DNA from: an uncultured Gemmatimonadales bacterium
Lineage (GTDB): Bacteria; Gemmatimonadota; Gemmatimonadetes; Longimicrobiales; RSA9
DNA length: 64,000 nt
NCBI GenBank assembly: GCA_963816355.1
Contig: CAWFKH010000002.1
Coordinates: 43,454 to 107,453 of the forward strand
Direction: 5' to 3'
This document shows, in pieces, positions 28,569 to 37,847 of the stretch (within the stretch, counting starts at the first letter, position 1; the number at the start of each line of letters is the position of its first letter). Position numbers and translations under genes: made by a program. Under the pieces are notes generated by a model. The model was not told where the DNA came from and searched no databases. It worked only from the letters and a program-made list of their open reading frames with translations.

Positions 28569-28837
28569 GGTCCCTCCTGGGCCTTCGTTGGCTCGCCCCG
28601 CTCCACCGCGTTGCGGCGATCGAGCGCGGCGGCGATCGGTCCCGTCCGCCGAGGCGGAACCGGCCACTCCAGGATGGCGCCGCGGGCAGCGGCAGGTCAT
28701 CGGGCACGCACCGGGTCCTGCGGAGGGAATCCATTGACGCGGAAACGGGCTCTACCCGACAGCGGTGCGTCTACGCACCGGAGGGCGGCAGCCGGATCCC
28801 CGGCCACCGCCCTCTGATCCTCGCTGGAAGGCTTCGC

Positions 28838-29332
28838 TCAGACGTGCGCCTCGTGCGTGCGCCCGTCGTGCTTCGCCATGGTGGCCAGGAAGTCTTCCGC
28901 CCGCGTCTCGTCCTTCGCGTCGACGGCGACCAGCACGTTCCCCTCCTCGACCTGCTCGCCGTAGAACCGCGCCTCCTCCTTCTCGTACCCCGCCTTCTCC
29001 AGACCGGATGCGATGGCGCCCGATGCGCCGCCGACGACCGCACCCGCGCCCGCGCCACCGGCCACGCTGCCGAGCCAGCTCGTCAGAACGCCGGCCGTGA
29101 TGAACGGACCCACGCCCGGAATGAACGCGGCCGCGATGCCCATCGCGGCGCCCGCGCCGGCGCCGATCCCTGCGCCCTTGAGCGCCGCCTCGCCCTTGCC
29201 CTCGTGCTCCTCCGCGTCCGGATGTCGCGTCACGACCGAGAGCTGGTCGTCCGACACGCCTTCGCGGCGCAGCTCGGTGACGGCCGCCTCCGCTTCCGAC
29301 ATATCGCCGAATACCGCTGTGATCCGTTCCAT
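28838..29332 (-). CDS. General stress protein (YflT/glycine-zipper type)
   Basis: ITAVFGD..EAEAAVTELR..G; Gly-rich TM with IPGVGPFITAG; Y.EQV..GNVLVAV. Confidence 0.85.
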   Translation of the reverse strand: MERITAVFGDMSEAEAAVTELRREGVSDDQLSVVTRHPDAEEHEGKGEAALKGAGIGAGAGAAMGIAAAFIPGVGPFITAGVLTSWLGSVAGGAGAGAVVGGASGAIASGLEKAGYEKEEARFYGEQVEEGNVLVAVDAKDETRAEDFLATMAKHDGRTHEAHV

Positions 29333-29495
29333 GATTCTACCTCTGCTGCAAGAGACTCCCTGCGCCGCGGGCACACGCCCGCCGCGGACGGGGCCCCCCG
29401 CTGCGCGAAGGGCGCGGCATCGCGCGAACGCGACCACCACGCCCCACATGAGCCGGGCAGCGGGAAATTCGGGCCCCACCAAGGCTCTTTTCAGG

Positions 29496-29511
29496 TGCAA
29501 GGGCCGTTCCG
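29496..29511 (-). promoter_or_regulatory. Candidate sigma54 (-24/-12) promoter for the general stress gene
   Basis: Minus strand reads CGGAACGGCCCTTGCA (GG-N10-GC). Confidence 0.45.
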
Positions 29512-29532
29512 CCGGAGCATCCCTCCGCCCCG

Positions 29533-30456
29533 TCAGAAATGCCAGAAGACGGAGACGATTCCCTGCTCGTAGAACAGCCTGCTGTCGCTCACCGGCATGC
29601 GCACCCCGAACCCCACGATCAGGTGCTCGTTGGAGGCGGACGGCCGCACCTTGAGACCCGGAGTCAGGTGCACCAGCGTCGGGTCGTCGCCGCCTCCCAG
29701 CGGCGAGGAGCTGTCCAGCTCGATCAGCCCCTGCAGCCGGGGCGTGAAGTGCCGCAGCAAGGACACATTCGTCAGCAAGTCCGCGTGCCCCGGCTCGCCC
29801 TCCTCCGCCGCGGTCGGGATCGCGAAGCGTGTGAAGCCTTCCAGCTCCCAGCCTGCCTGCTGATACCCAATGTCGAGGAACGGCTCGATCGTCGTCACCG
29901 CGTGCACCGGCTCGCCGTCCCGCCTCAGCGGCAAGCCGAGCGTCGCGCCGTAGCCCAGGAGCATCCTGTGCTCCGCGAAGGCGAAATTGGCGAACTTGAA
30001 GGAGACGCCCAGCTCGCTGAAGGACTTCTCCGCCACGCCCGCCGGTGTCGCGGCCAGGTGCGCCTGGATCGGCAGCCCGGAGCCGGCCGGCTCATCGATG
30101 ATCGCGGAAGGAACGAACGCGTGCGTATAGGGCGTCACGTCCATCTCGATGCTGAACGCCGGGGCGAACGCGTACTCCCCTTCGAAGACGAACGCGAGCG
30201 TCGAGCCCCGGTTGCCGTTGGCGAAGTGCGCGTCGAGGCGAAACTTCGTATCCGGCGTCACGGACTCCGCGACGAGCGGATGCGAGAAGTGGAGCGCTCC
30301 GTGGTGGTGGCCCTCGTCGCTTTCGTGACCCTCCACGTGCTCGTGCTCTTCGCCGTGCTCGTGCTCCTGCGCGGCGAGTGGGCGCGGCGAGAGGAAGGCC
30401 GACGCCGCGACCAGGGCGGCGAGCGTGCGGAGCCGGGCGGCTCGGGTCGTCGTCAT
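29533..30456 (-). CDS. Probable outer-membrane beta-barrel with His/Glu-rich N-terminus
   Basis: Signal ..PLAAQ, then EHEHGEEHEHVEGHESDEGHHHGALHFSHP; amphipathic strands; C-terminal F. Confidence 0.7.
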   Translation of the reverse strand: MTTTRAARLRTLAALVAASAFLSPRPLAAQEHEHGEEHEHVEGHESDEGHHHGALHFSHPLVAESVTPDTKFRLDAHFANGNRGSTLAFVFEGEYAFAPAFSIEMDVTPYTHAFVPSAIIDEPAGSGLPIQAHLAATPAGVAEKSFSELGVSFKFANFAFAEHRMLLGYGATLGLPLRRDGEPVHAVTTIEPFLDIGYQQAGWELEGFTRFAIPTAAEEGEPGHADLLTNVSLLRHFTPRLQGLIELDSSSPLGGGDDPTLVHLTPGLKVRPSASNEHLIVGFGVRMPVSDSRLFYEQGIVSVFWHF

Positions 30457-30469
30457 GGTCTACCCTCAT

Positions 30470-30645
30470 TCGTGGTCACTTTCGACAGCCCGCCCGCGAC
30501 CGGCATCGCGACATCGTCCTCGCCGCGCTGCCATTCCCCGGTCCCGAGCTGACCGCTCGTGTTACTGCCCCGGCTGAACGGCGTTCCGTCGCTCGCCATG
30601 CCGCAATTGAAGCCACCGCCGGAGTCGAGCGACGCCAGGAGGACG
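30470..30645 (-). pseudogene. Single degenerate RCC1-repeat remnant
   Basis: Within ORF 30453..30746: LASLDSGGGFNCGMASDGTPFSRGSNTSGQLGTG...MPVAGGL resembles the RCC1 blade consensus, with CWG decayed to SRG. Confidence 0.55.
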
Positions 30646-30735
30646 TCGGTCGCGCGCGACGGGGTCGGCACGCCACGGCCAGGCGGTGGCGGCGACGACG
30701 CACGTCGCGGCGCTCGAAGACGCGAACCCATGTTC

Positions 30736-31869
30736 TCAGCGGCCACTCTCGATCGGAAGCCGGTACAGGGAGTCCCACACCGCGAAGGCCGGCTTCGCGT
30801 GGAAGTCGGCGTCGACGATGCCCATGCGGGCGAAGTTGGAGAGGCCCGCCTCGCGGTCCGGCGGCAGGCCGAAGGTGGAGAGGTCGAGGTCGGCGTAGAA
30901 GAGGAAGACCCACGCTTCCACGTCCACGCCGTCGAGCAGCGTCGCGATGCGGCGGAAGAAGGCCGCCTCCTGCGCGGGCGACCCTGCCGTCGCGGCCGTC
31001 GGCTCCGAGTTCCAGCCGCCTTCCACCAGCAGCAGCGGCTTGCTCGTGGCCGCGGCGAAGCGCGCGAAGAAATCGTCCGGAATCTCGGACGGGTCGTCCA
31101 GCACGAAGCCGGGGTAGGTCGACAGCCCCAGACCGTCCACGTCGAAATCGTCGGCGAGCGCGAAGTGGTCGAGGCCGCGCGGAATACCGCCCAGTCCCCA
31201 CGCCTCGTCCGCCTGGAAGGACACGAACGTGCGGGTGCCGGGCGACGCCGCGCGGATCTGCGGCGACAGCTCGTTCACCATCGCCTCGACCGCCGCGTAC
31301 AGATCCGGCGGCCCCAGGTCCGCGAGCGTGTTCACCTCCGAGGCGAGCCCGAACCACTCCGGCTGGATGCGCCGCGCGATCTCGAGCGCCCACGCGTCGT
31401 GCATCGCGCGGATCTCCCGCTCTCGGATCGAGCGCCCCCGCTCCACCAGCTCCGGCGTCTCCTTCCGCCGGTCGAGACCGTCGAGGGGGTCGAGCAGGAA
31501 GATGATCCGCAACCCCAGCGCCCGCAGGAACGCCACGAGCTGCTCCCGCTCCGCCAGCGCCTCCTCCATCGTCTTCGTGCCGTCCAACAGGTCCGCCCAA
31601 GGCACCGGCTGCTGCACCACCGTCACGTCCGACACCTTCGCCAGCTCCTGCGCCGTCTGCACGATCGCGTTCGACGTCGCGCGCGGCGGCGTCGGTGCGA
31701 ATCCCATCTCGTAGCTCCGCGTCGACGCCTCCGGAGCGCCCGGCTCCGCAGGCCGCGACGGATCCGCCGCCGACCCGCACGAAGCGACCGCGAAACCGCA
31801 CGCGGCCGCCGTGACGAAACGGCGTACGACGGCGCCGCGCGCGGTCCTTCGCCGCGTTCGCATCGGCAT
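30736..31869 (-). CDS. Glycoside-hydrolase-like TIM-barrel lipoprotein (clan GH-A-like)
   Basis: Lipobox AVASC; LASEVN (acid/base position); GLSTYP; KPLLLVEGGW (nucleophile position); KPAFAVW. Confidence 0.65.
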   Translation of the reverse strand: MPMRTRRRTARGAVVRRFVTAAACGFAVASCGSAADPSRPAEPGAPEASTRSYEMGFAPTPPRATSNAIVQTAQELAKVSDVTVVQQPVPWADLLDGTKTMEEALAEREQLVAFLRALGLRIIFLLDPLDGLDRRKETPELVERGRSIREREIRAMHDAWALEIARRIQPEWFGLASEVNTLADLGPPDLYAAVEAMVNELSPQIRAASPGTRTFVSFQADEAWGLGGIPRGLDHFALADDFDVDGLGLSTYPGFVLDDPSEIPDDFFARFAAATSKPLLLVEGGWNSEPTAATAGSPAQEAAFFRRIATLLDGVDVEAWVFLFYADLDLSTFGLPPDREAGLSNFARMGIVDADFHAKPAFAVWDSLYRLPIESGR

Positions 31870-31892
31870 CTTCGCCCCTCCGGCCGGAAGAA

Positions 31893-32945
31893 TCAGCGCC
31901 CCCGCTGAAGCTGGGACGCGGGCCGCCGCGCGGCAACCGCGCTGCCGCGTCCGGCGCGCTCCGCCCGCCAGCGGTCCGCGAACGTGCGCGTCAGTTCGAG
32001 GAAACGGGCGCCGTACTCGAGCGAAGGCTCGACCTCCGTGCCCTCGTGCCACTCGTTCCAGCTCGTCACCGTCACCCAGTCGGCGCCGGCCGCCGCCGCC
32101 CACATGCGGCCGTACAGCGCGCCGTCGTCGCGCGCGAGCAGGCGCCCCGGCTGGCGGATGACGCGGTCGTCGTAGCCTGGCACCGCTGCCGCCGCGAACA
32201 TGCGGCCCGCGGCGTGCTCCGCCGCCGCCAGCGTCGCCTCCTCGCCAATGTAGCCGTCGACGTCCTGTACCGGGCCGTAGGCGAAGGTGCCGTCGAACGG
32301 CGCCGCCTGCACCGGGTCCTGCGTGTCCGCCAGCGTGAACGCGCCCGTCGCCGCGAACGCGCGGCGGAAGTCGTCCGGGCCGAAGCGCGCCATGATGCGG
32401 GTGTAGACGAAGACGACCGGCCGGCCGGCCACGCGCAGCCATACCGGGCTCGTCGCGCGCGTCTCCAGCAGCGTGCGGAAATCGGCGCGCAGCTCTTCCG
32501 CCGTGAACGGGTGCTCGATCATCGCGGCGACCGCGAAGTGCTCCTGCTCGGCCACCGCGAGAAGCACCTCCAGCGAGCGGTCCTCGAACGACGCCGGCCC
32601 CCACCACGACGCGATGAAGCCGTCGATGCCGGCGTCCTTCGCCCACCGGATGTGCTGCCGCACGATCGCCGTGTCGCGCGAGTCGTAGAGGCCGAGGACC
32701 GGCGTGTGGGCCGCGTCGTGGCGCGCCGTCTCCGGGTTCCAGTGGTACCACCTGCCCGACGGCCCGTCCGCTCGCCCCCACCACGGATAGTAGAACGCGA
32801 GCACCCGCGGCCGCACCGGCGCCTCCGCCGCGACGTCCGGCGATGCCGGGCCCTCACCGCACGCGGCGAGGACGCCGCACGCCGCGAGCGCCGCGGATAC
32901 GGCCACGATGGCGAGCGCGGCGCGGAATGCGGTGCGTAGCGTCAT
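31893..32945 (-). CDS. GH99/GH71-like endo-alpha-mannosidase-type lipoprotein
   Basis: LAFYYPWWG; PVLGLYDSRD..IVRQHI.WAK.AGIDGFI.SWWG; PGYDDR; TSWNEWHEGTEVEPS. Confidence 0.85.
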   Translation of the reverse strand: MTLRTAFRAALAIVAVSAALAACGVLAACGEGPASPDVAAEAPVRPRVLAFYYPWWGRADGPSGRWYHWNPETARHDAAHTPVLGLYDSRDTAIVRQHIRWAKDAGIDGFIASWWGPASFEDRSLEVLLAVAEQEHFAVAAMIEHPFTAEELRADFRTLLETRATSPVWLRVAGRPVVFVYTRIMARFGPDDFRRAFAATGAFTLADTQDPVQAAPFDGTFAYGPVQDVDGYIGEEATLAAAEHAAGRMFAAAAVPGYDDRVIRQPGRLLARDDGALYGRMWAAAAGADWVTVTSWNEWHEGTEVEPSLEYGARFLELTRTFADRWRAERAGRGSAVAARRPASQLQRGR

Positions 32946-33082
32946 GCCCTCAGAACGCGCGCGGCCGCTCGACTGTTCCGCGGCTGCGGGCTACGGCCGC
33001 GACGCAACCGCCGCTGCGCAACCGTCGGGCCGCTTCGGTTGTCCAAGCCGCGACCACCCGTTCTCCGCTTTCCGAAAGAGCC

Positions 33083-34843
33083 ATGATGATCCTTCCGCTA
33101 TTCGCGCTACTCCTCGTCCTGCTCCCTGCTCCGACGGCCGCGCGCGCCCCGACCGCCGCTCCGCCGAGCATGGCACGGCTCCGCTCCGCGGCGCCGCCGC
33201 CGCCGCGCGACACGATCGCCATCACGTTGGGCCGCGCCGCCGACGGACTCGCCGTCGAAGTCGCCTTCACGGCCGGCGACGACGGGCGTGTCGCGCTCGA
33301 CCTGCCGTCGCGCTGGGCGAGCCAGGACCGGCTCTGGGAAGACGTTTCCGGCCTGCGCGCCCTGTCGCGCGGCGCGACGATCGACGACGGCGGCGCGCCC
33401 GACCGCCGCGCCGTGCGCGCTCCAGCCGGCGCGCGCGTGCGCATCGGCTACACGCTGCGCGCCGACACGACACCGCCCGACCACGACGCCTACTTCCGCG
33501 CCTTCGTGCGGCCGGAGTGGTTCGTGCTCCTCGGCTGGAACGCGCTCGTCCTGCCTGCGCCGGCCGGCGGCGCTGCGGACGCGGGCGGGCGTGCCGCACG
33601 CGGTGAGGCGGCGGACAGCGTCGTCGTCACGCTCGACGCTTCGGCCCTCCCCGCGGCCGCGGTCTTCGCCACCAGCTTCGGCCAGGCGAGGCGTCAGCGC
33701 TTCACCACCACGAGGGCCGCCCTGCGCAACGCGCTCTTCGTCGGCGGCGACTGGCGCGCGCGGCGGCTTCCGGTGCGCGGTGGCGATGTGAGAGTTCTGA
33801 CCCACGGCGCCTTCGCGATCCCGGACGACTCCCTCGCCCGCGCCGTCGCGGCCGTGCTGGCCGCCGAACGCGCGTTCTGGAACGACGCCGGCGCACAGCG
33901 CTACCTGGTCGCCACCGTCCCGAGCAGCCGCGGCACCCTCGGCGGCACGCGCTACACCGACGGGCTGCTGCTCGACATCGACACCGCGCACGTCCTCGAC
34001 GCGGACGCCCTCGCGCTCATCGCGCACGAATCCTTCCACGAATGGCTGGGCGGCCGCGCCGCGCCTGCCGACGGCCAGGAGGAGGTGCTGAAGTGGTTCA
34101 CCGAGGGGCTCACCGATTACTACGCGGACCGCCTGCTCCACGACGCCGGGCTCGAATCGGACTCCGCCTTCGCGCGCGACGTCAACCGCGCGCTGCGCGA
34201 CGAGGCCCTCTCCGCCTACCGCGACTCCTCGAACGCCGCCGTCGCCCGCGACTACTGGACGAACGACGCCGCCAAGCAACTGCCGTACGCGCGCGGCCGC
34301 GCCGTCGCGATCGAGCTCGACCCGGCGATCCGGACCGCGACGCGCGGCCGTCTGGGGATCGACGACGTCGTCCGCCGCATCGTCCGGGACGCCGCCACCA
34401 CGCCGCTGACGCAGGCCGCCGTCATCGCCGCGTTCCGCGACGCCGCGGGCGCGGCCCTCGCGGCCCGCCTCGCCGATCGTCTCGACGGCCGCCGCGCGCC
34501 CGCGCTCGCCGCCGGGGCGCTCGGCCCCGGCTTCACTCTCGACACCGTCGACTTCGCGCCGTTCGACGCCGGCTTCGACGTCCGCGGCTCGTGGGCGCAG
34601 CGACGTGTGCGCGGCGTCGAGCCGGACGGCCCCGCGGCGCGCGCGGGCCTGCGCGATGGCATGGCGATGACGGGCGTCGACATCTCCGGCCCGGAGCACG
34701 AAGCGCGCGTACGGGTGAAGGACGAGAAGGGGGAGCGCTTGATCACGTATCGGCCGCTCGCTTCTCGACGCTACCGCATCCCTCGCTTCACGCCACGCCG
34801 ACCCGATCCCGCGCTTCACCCGCGACGGCCGTCTCCGCCATGA
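33083..34843 (+). CDS. M61-like metallopeptidase with C-terminal PDZ-like domain
   Basis: Signal peptide; AHESFHEW; WFTEGLTDYYA; PYARG; VEPDGPAARAGLRDG. Confidence 0.85.
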   Translation: MMILPLFALLLVLLPAPTAARAPTAAPPSMARLRSAAPPPPRDTIAITLGRAADGLAVEVAFTAGDDGRVALDLPSRWASQDRLWEDVSGLRALSRGATIDDGGAPDRRAVRAPAGARVRIGYTLRADTTPPDHDAYFRAFVRPEWFVLLGWNALVLPAPAGGAADAGGRAARGEAADSVVVTLDASALPAAAVFATSFGQARRQRFTTTRAALRNALFVGGDWRARRLPVRGGDVRVLTHGAFAIPDDSLARAVAAVLAAERAFWNDAGAQRYLVATVPSSRGTLGGTRYTDGLLLDIDTAHVLDADALALIAHESFHEWLGGRAAPADGQEEVLKWFTEGLTDYYADRLLHDAGLESDSAFARDVNRALRDEALSAYRDSSNAAVARDYWTNDAAKQLPYARGRAVAIELDPAIRTATRGRLGIDDVVRRIVRDAATTPLTQAAVIAAFRDAAGAALAARLADRLDGRRAPALAAGALGPGFTLDTVDFAPFDAGFDVRGSWAQRRVRGVEPDGPAARAGLRDGMAMTGVDISGPEHEARVRVKDEKGERLITYRPLASRRYRIPRFTPRRPDPALHPRRPSPP

Positions 34844-36254
34844 GCCAGTCGAGCACGTCGACGGCCGAGTAGCGCTCGCGCCCGGCGAGGAAGCGGTCGA
34901 GGCGCGTGAGGTCGTCGCCGCTGGTCAGGATCGGTCGCTCCGCCCCGTCCTCCCGCATCTGCGGATGGTCGACGTCCGCCATCAGCGCGTTGCACAGGCA
35001 CTTGCGACCTTCGGTGTCCTCGAGGCGGCCGCCCTTCTTCACGTACGTGTCGATCGGCTCCGCCGGGCAGCGGTAGTCGATGCGGCCGTCCTCCCGCTTG
35101 TAGGCGGTCCGCAGGTAGCCGAGGTCGCAGATCCGCGAGCGACCCTCGTACTGCTCGCGCTCCGCGTTCGTCCCATGCAACTGCACCACCTTGAACGGGA
35201 ACCCGGTCGGCGACGCGCGGAAGTCTGTCGTCACCTCGACGCCGCACCCCCGCACCTGCGCGAGCGTCCGCCGCTTCAGCTCCGGCGCGATGCCGCTCTC
35301 GTCCGAGTAGGCGAAGAGGGTCCCCACCTGCACCCCGTTGGCGCCCGCCTCCAGCGCGGCGCGCAGCCCTTCCGGCGAGCCGCCTCCGCCCGCCACCCAG
35401 AACGGCAGCCCCAGCGCCTTCATCGCCTCCAGGTCCGCCTCGTCGCGCGGCCCGTACTCCGGCGCGCCCCCGCCGTCGTGCCGCCCGCGCGGAGGCGCGT
35501 TGTGGCCGCCCGCCGTGGGGCCCTCCACGACGAACCCGTCGACGCGCCCGGTCGCCTTGCGCGCCAGCATCGTCGCGAGCGAGTGCGAGGAGACGATCGG
35601 CAGGAAGCGCGGCCGCTTCAGCGTCGGCGCCGGACCCTCGAAATGCTCGGCGGGGTCGAAGCGGACCTCGACGCTCTCGCCGCGCTCCAGACCGTCGACG
35701 TCCAGCTTCAGCGACGCCGCGCGGCCTGCCGCGAACGCGTCCAGCACGCCCGGGATCTCGCGCGGGATCCCCGCCCCCATCAGGACGTAGTCGACGCCGG
35801 CGAGCATCGCGCCGTACAGCGTCGCCAGGTTCGGGAGCTGCACCTTGGTCAGCAGATTGATGCCGACGATGCCGTCATGGCCCTCGCGGGCGAGGTGCAC
35901 CTCGGCGAAGCTGGAGAGCATGGTGATCTGCTCGCGCGCGCGGCTCACCTTCTGGCGCCACATGGAGAGCATGGAGTAGGGCGCGCCGCACGGGCGGCCC
36001 TCCGGCAGGAAGTACTTCTTGAGGGCGCGCGCGCCGACATCCGGTATCGGGAAGCGTTCGATCGCCCGCCGCAGGCAGCCGGCGACGTCGCCATCCTGCA
36101 GTCGCCGCACGAAGACCGTGTCGATGCACGAACCGGAGACGACGCCGAGCTGGCCGTACGTGGAGACGGCACGGGCGAGCCGCCAGTTCGAAACCCCGAT
36201 CCCCATGCCCCCCTGGATAACGAGCGGCAAGGTCGGTGAGAGCGCTACATCCAT
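34788..36254 (-). CDS. Nitronate monooxygenase / FMN TIM-barrel family protein
   Basis: IQGGMGIGVS; LMGAGIP; VEGPTAGGHN; GVQVGTLF; SPTGFPFK; C-terminal Cys residues CDLGYL, C.AEP, CLCNAL. Confidence 0.88.
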   Translation of the reverse strand: MDVALSPTLPLVIQGGMGIGVSNWRLARAVSTYGQLGVVSGSCIDTVFVRRLQDGDVAGCLRRAIERFPIPDVGARALKKYFLPEGRPCGAPYSMLSMWRQKVSRAREQITMLSSFAEVHLAREGHDGIVGINLLTKVQLPNLATLYGAMLAGVDYVLMGAGIPREIPGVLDAFAAGRAASLKLDVDGLERGESVEVRFDPAEHFEGPAPTLKRPRFLPIVSSHSLATMLARKATGRVDGFVVEGPTAGGHNAPPRGRHDGGGAPEYGPRDEADLEAMKALGLPFWVAGGGGSPEGLRAALEAGANGVQVGTLFAYSDESGIAPELKRRTLAQVRGCGVEVTTDFRASPTGFPFKVVQLHGTNAEREQYEGRSRICDLGYLRTAYKREDGRIDYRCPAEPIDTYVKKGGRLEDTEGRKCLCNALMADVDHPQMREDGAERPILTSGDDLTRLDRFLAGRERYSAVDVLDWLMAETAVAGEARDRVGVA

Positions 36255-36427
36255 GCCGGGTTCCTCCGCCGTCGGACAGGTCGGTCGCCGCCGCGTCGCG
36301 ATGCCCGACGACCGAAAGATAGCGTCGGTCGGCGGGTGGGGCGAGCGGTCCGCGACGCCCGGCGCAGGGCGGCGTTGCCCGGCCCGCGCGGGGGCGCGAT
36401 CTTGGACGCCTCGAAACCCGGCGGAGG

Positions 36428-37177
36428 ATGACCATGCGAAGACGCGTTCTGTCCGCCCTGCTGTGGGTCACGTGCGGCGCCGTCGTGGTCGTCTGGACGC
36501 CCCTGCAGGCCGCGATCTTCGTCCTCACCGCGCCGTTCGACCCCGGCCGCTACGCCGCCGGCCGCTTCTTCCGCCTCGCGGCCGTCGCGATCGTGAAGCT
36601 GAACCCGCTCTGGCGCTTCCGCACCTCCGGCGTGCGCATCCACGACCCGCGCCGGCCGTACGTCGCCGTCTCCAACCACGAGTCGTTCGCCGACATCTTC
36701 CTCATCAGCCACCTGCCGTGGGAGATGAAGTGGCTCTCCAAGGAGACGATCTTCGCGATCCCGCTCGTGGGCTGGATGATGCGCATGGCCGGCGACGTCG
36801 AGGTGCGCCGCGGCCGCGCGCGCAGCCGGGCCGCCGCGCTCGAGCAGATCCGCGACCGCCTCCGCAAGCGCGTCACCGTCATGATCATGCCGGAAGGCAC
36901 GCGCTCACCCGACGGCCGGCTGCTCCCCTTCAAGGACGGCGCCTTCCGCACCGCCATCGAGGCCGGCGTCCCGATCCTGCCGATGGCGCTCGCCGGCACG
37001 CGCGACGCCATGGCCCGCGGCTCGCTCCTCTTCAACCGCGCCCGCGCCGAGGTCCGCGTCCTCGAGCCGATCCCCACCCACGGCCTCACTCTGGACGACG
37101 TCGCCGATCTCCGCGACCGCGTACACCAGCGCATCGCCGAAGCCCGCGACCAGTTGCGCCGGGAGCTCGAGGCGTGA
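36428..37177 (+). CDS. plsC: 1-acyl-sn-glycerol-3-phosphate (lysophospholipid) acyltransferase
   Basis: NHES.AD (HxxxxD); PEGTRS; FKDGAF. Confidence 0.85.
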   Translation: MTMRRRVLSALLWVTCGAVVVVWTPLQAAIFVLTAPFDPGRYAAGRFFRLAAVAIVKLNPLWRFRTSGVRIHDPRRPYVAVSNHESFADIFLISHLPWEMKWLSKETIFAIPLVGWMMRMAGDVEVRRGRARSRAAALEQIRDRLRKRVTVMIMPEGTRSPDGRLLPFKDGAFRTAIEAGVPILPMALAGTRDAMARGSLLFNRARAEVRVLEPIPTHGLTLDDVADLRDRVHQRIAEARDQLRRELEA

Positions 37178-37259
37178 GTCCGGTCCCGCGGCCCGGTCCC
37201 GGAGTCCGATCCCCGGGGTCCGGTCCCGGAGTCCGATCCCCGGGGTCCGGTCCCGCGGT

Positions 37260-37264
<5 letters not shown>
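37176..37264 (-). repeat. 13-14 bp tandem repeat array (family R13), 6 units plus a partial
   Basis: + strand units CCCGCGGCCCGGT, CCCGGAGTCCGAT, CCCCGGGGTCCGGT, CCCGGAGTCCGAT, CCCCGGGGTCCGGT, CCCGCGGTTCAAT. Confidence 0.85.
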
Positions 37265-37718
<454 letters not shown>

Positions 37719-37758
37719 CGCATCCCCCCTCTCGTGTGAATTCTCACCGTACCATGAC

Positions 37759-37837
37759 CCCGCAGTCCAATCCCGCACTCCAATCCCGCAGTCCAATCCC
37801 ACAGCCCAATCCCGCCGTCCAATCCAATCCCCGCAAT
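37759..37837 (-). repeat. 13-bp tandem repeat array (family R13), 5 units plus partials
   Basis: CCCGCAGTCCAAT, CCCGCACTCCAAT, CCCGCAGTCCAAT, CCCACAGCCCAAT, CCCGCCGTCCAAT. Confidence 0.9.
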
Positions 37838-37847
37838 CCCAACCCCG

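Noticed and set aside
28763..28780. Palindrome CGGTGCGT-CT-ACGCACCG as terminator or riboswitch part
   Set aside because: Two-nt loop, no U-tract and no recognisable aptamer context.
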